The position numbers and the translations under genes were made by a program. The notes under the pieces were generated by a model. The model was not told where the DNA came from. It worked only from the letters and a program-made list of their open reading frames with translations, and did no database searches. Of a stretch of 20,300 bases of DNA, positions 10,306-17,610 are shown piece after piece; position 1 is the first letter of the stretch, and each line of letters opens with the position of its first letter. The DNA lies in contig NW_021823959.1 in assembly GCF_006345805.1 (NCBI RefSeq), positions 1 through 20,300 on the forward strand. Reading direction: 5' to 3'. This DNA is from Octopus sinensis. Lineage: Eukaryota.

Positions 10306-10345
<40 letters not shown>

Positions 10346-10348
<3 letters not shown>

Positions 10349-10774
10349 ATAGAAATATTAAAATAACTAAGTCTCTCTAAAAGAGAACAGCGGCAGCGTT
10401 CCCGGAAAATAATAGTTATCGCCATACTAATATGGCATTCTTATAAAAATAAGAAAAAAGCTGTCCGCTTATTAGCTCCATGAGGCCATCGCCTTAAGTT
10501 AGCTATTTGATACACAAACTGTATCCATATAACCTTCGAACAAGGGAGGTCAGTCGCTCCACACTACTTGACCGGCAGCTACAGACGCGTTTCGGGGTAT
10601 TGCCCCCCTTTCAATGCAGCGTAGCCAGCCAGTAGTGGCTTGTTCGAAGGTTATATGGATACAGTTTGTGTATCAAATAGCTAACTTAAGGCGATGGCCT
10701 CATGGAGCTAATAAGCGGACAGCTTTTTTCTTATTTTATAAGAATGCCATATTAGTATGGCGATAACTATTATT

Positions 10775-10775
<1 letters not shown>
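10346..10775. mobile_element. Fold-back element (138/137-bp inverted arms, 94-bp spacer) between (TA)n tracts; probable Penelope-like pLTR or retrozyme-type unit
   Basis: 10407-10544 is the reverse complement of 10639-10775 except for one homopolymer indel. The spacer holds a hammerhead-like motif. Confidence 0.7.
10578..10625 (-). ncRNA. Type I hammerhead ribozyme-like motif (core apparently carrying 2 extra nt)
   Basis: Minus: GCTACG-CTGCATTGA-AA-GGGG GGCAATA CCCC-GAAAC-GC-GTC-TGTAGC. Stem I, stem II, GAAAC, palindromic ACGCGT stem III and a GUC cleavage triplet are present; CTGATGA is read as CTGCATTGA. Confidence 0.7.
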
Positions 10776-10835
<60 letters not shown>

Positions 10836-10940
10836 ATCCTTTTCTAATAATATAAACTGTTCAGGTACACAAACTACTGTTGAATTTTCCTACGGTATTT
10901 TGTTTTGTTACACATTTTTCAGTAGGAGAACAAAGAAAGT

Positions 10941-11168
10941 TCACATTATTCACATTCGATGGATATTTGTCCTCATCTTACTTATTGTTAAGACAACGCT
11001 TCGGCTGATATACCCTCCAGCTTTCTTCAGGTGCCTTGGGGAAATTTCGAACCTGGGTTCCTCATTCCTAAAGTATTTTTTCGATGTTGTCATTATCATT
11101 ATTATTATTATTATTATCATCATCATCATTATTAGTGTTCAGGTAATTGCTTGGAATCGAACTCAGAA
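10941..11168 (-). mobile_element. SINE-like element: truncated tRNA-like head (B-box), (AAT/GAT)n spacer, hammerhead motif
   Basis: Minus: TTCTGAGTTCGATTCC (B-box, 11168-11153), simple-repeat spacer ~11090-11133, then AACATCGAAAAAATAC..CCCCAAGGCAC and the HHR motif. Confidence 0.65.
10990..11035 (-). ncRNA. Degenerate minimal type I hammerhead motif
   Basis: Minus: GGCAC-CTGAAGA-A-AGCTG GAGGGTATAT CAGCC-GAAGC-GTT-GTCTT. The CUGANGA box is perfect and stem II has 4 bp. GAAAC is mutated to GAAGC and stem I has one mismatch. Confidence 0.6.
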
Positions 11169-11517
11169 AAAAGAGAGTTTAATTCTGTGATTAAAAATCT
11201 TAGAGTGTAACAATTACTTGAAGTAAGAAGTAAGTACCTACTTAACCGTCACTAGGAGACATTTTCAGTTGCATTTGAACAGATTTAATTTTACTTATGC
11301 TGCTGATGACCTCGAACAGAGCTGAAGCGATAAAACCTTTGCATCTTATGCTACCTTTGAAATATGGGGCTTGGTATTTTGTCAAGACCAAGTTAGGCTT
11401 AAGATTCTACTAAGACCTATTAGCTTTTCGTTCTTCAAAATGAAGAGGCGACCGATAAAACAGTACCTGATGAGACGGTCCATATGTGACATATCCTTAT
11501 TCGATATGTGATGGTAA

Positions 11518-11853
11518 GTGGAGGCGCAATGGCCCAGTGTTTAGGGCAGCGGACTCGCGGTCGTAGGATCGCGGTTTCGATTCCCAGACCGGGCGTTGTG
11601 AGTGTTTATTGAGCGAAAACACCTAAAGCTCCACGAGGCTCCGGAAGGGATGGTGGTGATCCCTGCTGTACTCTTTCACCACAACTTTCTCTCACTCTTA
11701 CTTCTGTGTCACGCTGAATATCCCCGAGAACTACGTTAAGGGTACACGTGTCTGTGGAGTGCTCAGCCACTTACACGTTAATTTCACGAGCAGGCTGTTC
11801 CGTTGATCGCATCAACCGGAACCCTCGTCGTCGTAACCGACGGAGTGCTTCCA
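11518..11853 (+). mobile_element. SINE family C, tRNA-Arg-like head (probably the octopus OR1-type)
   Basis: TGGCCCAGTGTTTAGGGCAGCGGACTCGCGGTCGTAGGATCGCGGTTTCGATTCC resembles tRNA-Arg D-arm to T-arm, followed by ~270 bp of non-tRNA body. Possible TSD ATGTGATG at 11506-11513 and 11853-11860. The family name is from recall. Confidence 0.8.
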
Positions 11854-12059
11854 TGTGATGTTATCAAAACATTTCCGTTGTAGCGATTGTTTCGTTCACA
11901 GATCTGAGTTCGAATTTTGACAGGAATACCTCACGTGAATGGTAAAAATTGCCTCGAAACCTCAAAATAGAAAGGTGTGTAATATATTTCTTCCATTGCA
12001 TTGGTATGTTTACCTGGGAATTTAATTTATGATATTTATGTGCGTGTGTTTGCATTCGT

Positions 12060-12373
12060 ATGCGCATATATTTATATACATATATACAAGTAATAGGAGG
12101 TGCAAAAGTGTGATATATACGCTATTTTCGTTGCTATATAGATGTATACATTTACTCCTATACGTACAAAACTAGCACGCACATATACATAATATACATA
12201 CATACATACGCATGTACAAATATGTATAAATATGTACATCTACATGCATACATACATACATCTATCCATCTATATATACACATATATATATATACATGTC
12301 TATATATATATATATACATGCATATACATGTATATATATATATACATATATATATACATATATATATATATAC

Positions 12374-12406
<33 letters not shown>

Positions 12407-12433
12407 ATATATATATATATATGTATATATATG

Positions 12434-12464
<31 letters not shown>

Positions 12465-12490
12465 GTATATATATTATATATATATATATA
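12060..12490. repeat. (TA)n/(CATA)n low-complexity tract
   Basis: Directly visible. Confidence 0.9.
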
Positions 12491-12544
12491 TAGGCGGGAG
12501 CGTGATCACGAGCTTTGATGTTATGCGCGAATATGTTTGATATA

Positions 12545-12601
12545 GAGAAGGAAGAAAGAAAGAAAGAAAGAAAGAAAAGAAAGGAAGGAAGAAAGAAAGA
12601 A
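12545..12601. repeat. (GAAA)n/(GGAA)n polypurine microsatellite
   Basis: Directly visible. Confidence 0.9.
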
Positions 12602-12884
12602 ATCCATTGAATGAAAGCCACTTTTCAATGGGAATCACACCCTCATGCAAATGGGAAATTTCTATTTAGAACAAAATAGTGTTGTTGTGAAATTAAAAAC
12701 ATCCGCCGGAAATGGAATCGTAGCGGAAGTGAAGGACATCTTATCATTATAGTAACTGCCGGTGATATAGAATCTCTGTAGTCGAAGTATCCTGTCTCTG
12801 TTTCTTAAATAAGTAAAGCTGCAAATTTTACAGCAATTATACACCGACATATGTACGCTCTTTCTTTCTCTCCATATATATAAA

Positions 12885-12911
12885 CACGCATGCGTACATA
12901 TACATGGACGC

Positions 12912-12972
<61 letters not shown>

Positions 12973-12985
12973 TGCATACTACACA
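12885..12985. repeat. (CA)n-(TA)n microsatellite
   Basis: Directly visible. Confidence 0.9.
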
Positions 12986-13289
12986 TATACACAGATATAA
13001 AACATATGTGCCTGAATGCATGTGTGTGGTAATTAGACGCACATAAGCCTCATAAAGCACACCTTTGTAGGTCTAATTGTGACAATCTATTCGCAGAGAG
13101 TGCTCCACAACCAATTAGAAATTTTGTTGGGTTATGACCAGTCTCAATGTAAAATTTATTAAGAGGTAACGGAAAAGTGAATCTCGAATATCATTTAAAG
13201 AAATCTACGTATATTGGATAAACACTAACTTTATATTATATATATATATATATATACTTTATTTAAAGCAGCAGAAAATTCAACAAAAC

Positions 13290-13327
13290 CTGTTACTCTG
13301 AGTTTCCCGTTGCCGTTCATCGGACAG
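13290..13327 (-). ncRNA. Minimal type I hammerhead-like motif in an ~80-bp unit (13257-13335) between (TA)n tracts
   Basis: Minus: CTGT-CCGATGA-A-CG GCAA CG-G-GAA-ACTC A GAGT-A-ACAG. Stem I is CTGT/ACAG, stem II has a GNRA loop, stem III is ACTC/GAGT, and the cleavage triplet is GUA. The core carries U4>C. Confidence 0.6.
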
Positions 13328-13334
13328 TTTTTTG

Positions 13335-13335
<1 letters not shown>

Positions 13336-13391
<56 letters not shown>

Positions 13392-13443
13392 AATCCATAC
13401 ACACACAAATGCACACACGTACGTATGTATGAATATAAGTACA

Positions 13444-13474
<31 letters not shown>

Positions 13475-13662
13475 CGTATGTATGTATGTATGTATGCATG
13501 TATGCATGTATGCATGTATGTGTGTATGTATGTATGCATGTATGTATGTATGTTTGTATGTATGTACGTATGCATGCATGCATGCATGCATGTATGTCTA
13601 TGTGTATGTATGTATGTATGTATGTATGTATGTATGTATGTGTGTATGTATGTATGTATGCG
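13336..13662. repeat. (TA)n then (TATG)n/(CATG)n microsatellite
   Basis: Directly visible. Confidence 0.93.
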
Positions 13663-13815
13663 ATGATGCGTCATTTATTATCCGTAATGCAAGTTATGCT
13701 TTTTACTACTGGCAGAAAAATTAATTGTGCAAACATTACAAGATATTGTCTCCCTCGTGAAGCAGGTTTGAACATGAAACATTTACTTGTTATATGTTAT
13801 TACGTTAAGCATATT

Positions 13816-14026
13816 GGCGGCGCGTTGGCACGATCGTTAGCACGCCGGGCAAAATGCTTAGCGGCATTTCAACCGTCTTTACGTTCTGAGTTCAACTTAC
13901 GCCGAGGTCGACTGTGCTTTCCTCCTTTCGAGGTCGATTAAATAAGTATAGTGTTACGCACTGGGGTTTATATTATCGACTAGTCCCCTCCCCCAAAGTT
14001 ACAGGACTTGTGACTATAGTAGAAGG
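13816..14026 (+). mobile_element. SINE family B, diverged, short 3' tail variant
   Basis: GGCGGCGCGTTGGCACGATCGTTAGC head, TTCTGAGTTCAAC B-box, CCTTTCGAGGTCGAT central domain, ...TTGTGACTATAGTAGAAGG tail. Confidence 0.85.
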
Positions 14027-14260
14027 ACGGCGAGCTAGTAGAAACGTTATTACGCCGGAAAAATTGCTTAGTGGCACTTCTTGCTTTACGTTCTGAGTTT
14101 AAATTCCGTCGAGATCGACTTTGCTTTTTATTCTTTCTGCGTCGATAAAATAATTTCCAAGTTGAACATTGGAGATCGATGTTATCGACTACTACACTCC
14201 ACCACCATCCCCACTCCCGCAAAAATTTTAGTTTGTGTGCCATTAGTAGAAAGGTTATTA
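14024..14260 (+). mobile_element. SINE family B, more diverged, head-to-tail with the previous copy
   Basis: Same motif order; its head overlaps the AAGG at the end of the upstream tail. Confidence 0.8.
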
Positions 14261-14391
14261 CATAAACTATAGCCGCTCTACTTACTGTTTGCTCCAAATT
14301 GCAGCAGTTCCCAGTGGACCCTTTTCTGTGCACAGAAGGTTTATCAGGGGTCAAATTTTCTGAAGGCTTTCAGTACAATACGAGAATAGTA

Positions 14392-14590
14392 TATTCTTTT
14401 CTACTCTGGGCACAAGGCCCGAAATTTCTGGGGAGAGGCCAGTCGATTAGATCGACCTCAGTACACAACTGCTACTTAATTTATCGACCCCGAAAGGATG
14501 AAAGGCAAAGTCGGCCTGGGCGGAATTTGAACTCAGAACATAAAGACAGACGAAATACCGCTAAGTGTTTTGCCCGGCATGCCAACGTTT
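14392..14590 (-). mobile_element. SINE family B, short-tail variant, first ~15 nt missing
   Basis: ATTCTTTTCTACT..CACAAGGCC tail, ATCGACCCCGAAAGGATGAAAGGCAAAGTCG domain, GAATTTGAACTCAGAAC B-box. Confidence 0.88.
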
Positions 14591-14591
14591 C

Positions 14592-15152
14592 TTATTTATT
14601 ACCCACAAGGGGCTAAACATAGAGGGGACAAACAAGGACATACAAACGGATTAAGTCGATTATATCGACCCCAGTGCGTAACTGGTACTTAATTTATCGA
14701 CCCCGAAAGGATGAAAGGCGAAGTCGACTTCGGCGGAATTTGAACTCAGAACGTAGCGACAGACGAAATACCTATTTCTTTACTACCCATAAGGCGCTAA
14801 ACACAGAGAGGACAAACAAGGACAGACAAACGGATTAAGTCGATTACATAGACCGCAGTGCGTAACTGGTACTTATTTAATCAATCCCGAAAGGATGAAA
14901 GGCAAAATCGACCTCGGCGGAATTTGAACTCAGAACGTAACGACAGACGAAATACCTATTTTTTTACTACCCTCAAGGGGCTAAACACAGAGAAGACAAA
15001 CAAGGACATATAAATGGATTAAGTCGATTACATAGACCACAGTGCGTAACTGGTACTTATTTAATCGACCCCGAAAGGATGAAAGGCAAAGTCGACCTCG
15101 GCGGAATTTGAACTCAGAACGTAGCGGCAGACGAAATACCGCTAAGCATTTC
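14592..15152 (-). repeat. Tandem array of three 5'-truncated SINE family B units (long-tail variant), period 184 bp
   Basis: GACGAAATACC ends at 14772, 14956 and 15140; the first two are followed by TATTT of the next unit's tail. Confidence 0.93.
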
Positions 15153-15307
15153 TTTCAGTTTCTACCAAATCTACTCCCAAGGCTTTGGTCGGCCCAAGAC
15201 TATAGGGTAGAAGGAATCTACCCAAAGTGACATGCATTGTTCTAACTAAACTCGAAACAATGAGGTTGGGAAACAAGCTTCTTACCGTACAGACACGGCT
15301 GCTCCTC
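15151..15307 (-). mobile_element. Diverged SINE family A head fragment
   Basis: TTTCAGTTTCTACCAAATC..AAGGCTTTGGTCGGCCC..CAAGCTTCTTACCGTACAGACAC. Confidence 0.8.
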
Positions 15308-15518
15308 TTTTACTTGTTTCAGTCATTTGACTGCGGCAAGCTGGAGCACCGCCTTTAGTCGAGCAAATCGAGCCTGGGGCTTATTCTTTTTGTAAGCCCA
15401 GTACTTATTCTATCGGTCTCTTTTTGCCGAACCGCAAATGTTACGGGGACTTAAACACACCAGCATCGGTTGTCAAGCAATGCTAGAGGGACAAACACAG
15501 ACACACCAACATATACAT

Positions 15519-15549
<31 letters not shown>

Positions 15550-15747
15550 ATATATTATATATATATAATATATACATATATACGACCAGGCTTCTTTCAG
15601 TTTCCGTCTACCCAATCCACTCACAAGGCTTTGGTCGGCCCGGGGCTATAGCAGAAGACACTTGCCCAAGATGCCACGCAGTGGGACTGAACCCGGAACC
15701 ATGTGGTCGGTTAGCAAGCTACTTACCGTACAGACACTCCTGCGCCT
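15308..15747 (-). mobile_element. SINE family A, full length
   Basis: Tail at 15308 and head ...CTCCTGCGCCT at 15747. Confidence 0.95.
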
Positions 15748-16034
15748 GGTTCTGATTAATTAATACCGGATAGTTATTGATGAAGTGGCAAATAATACGC
15801 ATTATTAGTCATGGTTCTTTCTGCTTCTGAAATCTTTCACCGCAAACTTGGCATTGGTTAATTCAATAACAAGTTTATTAGAGTCTCGCGTTGAAGCCTG
15901 AATCGTAGGGATTACAAAGAGAGAGTCCATTGTGTAGTGATGCACGCTCAACTAATCCTTCTGTCAATACAAAAAGAATTTATACATGAAATGAGCGTGA
16001 TTAATGACTCAGTGTGCATGTGTATAATTAATGA

Positions 16035-16187
16035 CTGTATGTGTGTGTGTACTATATATATATATATATATACTTGAGCTCGTGTGTGGTATACATACAT
16101 ACGTGCATGCATGCATACATACGTGCATACATAAATACATACATACATACATACATACATACATACATACATACATACATACATACA
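16035..16187. repeat. (TG)n-(TA)n-(CATA)n microsatellite
   Basis: Directly visible. Confidence 0.92.
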
Positions 16188-16258
16188 TCGTTGCTGTTAT
16201 GTTAAACTGTGGTATGTTCAAATTTGGCCAAAGTCAAAGTTGACCTCCGTGAGATTAA

Positions 16259-16471
16259 TAATTCTTTCTACTATAGCACAAGGCCTGAAATTATGGGAGT
16301 GGGGTAAGTCGATACATCGACCCCAGTGCTCAACAGGTACATATTTTATCGACCTCGAAAGGATGAAAGGCAAAGTCGACATCGGCATTATCTGAACTCA
16401 AAATGTAAACGGACGAAATGCCGCTAACCATTTCGCTCGACGCGGTAACGATTCTGCCAGCTCGTCGCCTT
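16259..16471 (-). mobile_element. SINE family B, full length, short tail, with 11-bp TSD
   Basis: Complete head to tail; flanks CGTGAGATTAA (16248-16258) and CGTGGGATTAA (16473-16483) differ by one mismatch. Confidence 0.92.
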
Positions 16472-16544
16472 TCGTGGGATTAAAAGTAATTATCGTGAGG
16501 ATTTCCTACATAGGGATAGGTTAGAAATACGTTGTAAGGAGACA

Positions 16545-16640
16545 ATTGATTATATCACCAAACTATTTCTTTACAAATCGGAAGGATGAAAGGCTTTCGG
16601 TGTAAAGGAATTTTAGTAGAAAACGCGAAGTATTTTGTCA
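16545..16640 (-). mobile_element. Very old SINE family B relic
   Basis: GATTATATCACC..CGGAAGGATGAAAGGC..GGAATTTT..AAGTATTTTGTC matches family B motifs in order. Confidence 0.5.
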
Positions 16641-17352
16641 GCTTACTCTATCCACCGCAAATAATATGATTGCTATTTTGTAAAAATTCGCTTATATTGT
16701 TATCAATTCTTGAATGGACTTATTTCATCAACTTCGAATGAATCTCACGTGGGAAATAAACTCGACCCTGAAAAGGTTGTAGGGAAATGCGGTCATATAT
16801 CTTGTCTACCGCTCCACAAATTTTTCTAATTTGGTTACCCACTGAAATGATCCAAATTTTGTTACTATAATTCTTCAATTTATCCATAATGAGTAAATGA
16901 ATATGCGATATTTCATCTTTTACTACGCTACAGTAACTGTGACCATTATGATTATTTTCAAAGAATAACAAAAACAATTTGTTTTCAATCGCTTAGTCAA
17001 GAGAAGAGATGCCAATGACCATTTTCAGGGCTTTAGATAATGGATGGAAACGAAAAGGAAACGTGTTTTCAAATTGAAAAGCTAGCCGGAATTCTTGCAA
17101 CAAAGAGGCCGCCATTAACGTTACACAAGGTCGAGTTAAAGGCGCGCAACATGTTGTCTTAGATATGGGCGCTGCACATTTTCCAGTATATAGTAAGGAA
17201 AATAAACTGCACAAATAACAAGTCAGTAACTTTTATATAACTATTTCGTGTATTTGAAATTAGGTGGCAATTAGCAGTCTGTATTATTTTACATGTAACT
17301 CTCCGAATATGCCTCACTGTTAGTCAATCTGTCTTCTTGAATGGATATCTAT

Positions 17353-17486
17353 CTTATTTCTTTATTGCCCACAAGGGGCTAAACATAGAGGGGACAAACA
17401 AGCACAAAGAGATTAAGTCGATTACATCGACCCCGGCGCGTAACTGGTACTTAATTTATCGACCCCGAAAGGATGAAAGGCAAAGG
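17353..17486 (-). mobile_element. SINE family B, long-tail variant, 5'-truncated within the central domain
   Basis: TATTTCTTTATTGCCCACAAGGGGCTAAAC..ATCGACCCCGAAAGGATGAAAGGCAAAG. Confidence 0.9.
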
Positions 17487-17610
17487 CTAAGTAGATGGTT
17501 CTCTATCTTCTTATCTAGCTAGCTAGATTAGATCAATATATAGATGGAGACATACATACTTACATACATATACATATATATATATATACACACACAAACA
17601 CACACATATA

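Noticed and set aside
11300-11345. CTGATGA at ~11304 as a fourth hammerhead
   Set aside because: Only a 3-bp CTC/GAG stem, followed by CTGAAGC rather than GAAA, with no convincing stem I or III.
11466-11510. CTGATGAG at ~11467 (and at ~447) as a hammerhead
   Set aside because: No downstream stem II-GAAA box.
11518-11595. tRNA-Arg gene (likewise the tRNA-like heads of families A and B)
   Set aside because: No proper acceptor stem or oligo-T terminator, and the head runs into a long SINE body.
12611-12752. Short protein-like frames ([10 protein letters not shown]..., MQMGNFYLEQNSVVVKLKTSAGNG...) and ATGCAAAT octamer
   Set aside because: Two short frames offset by a shift, with no splice support or known family; a single 8-mer is expected by chance.
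14324-14337. 14-bp perfect palindrome TTCTGTGCACAGAA
   Set aside because: Isolated, with no associated element or motif context; not enough to assign a function.
14592-15152. CRISPR-like regularly spaced repeats
   Set aside because: The whole 184-bp unit is repeated with no unique spacers, it derives from SINE B, the context is eukaryotic and there are no cas genes.
2550-16243. Numerous ORFs rich in YI/HT/CV/MYV
   Set aside because: These are translations of (TA)n, (CA)n, (TG)n and (TATG)n tracts, which lack stops in some frames, or recurrent SINE A peptides (e.g. CHAVGLNPEPCG). They are not genes.
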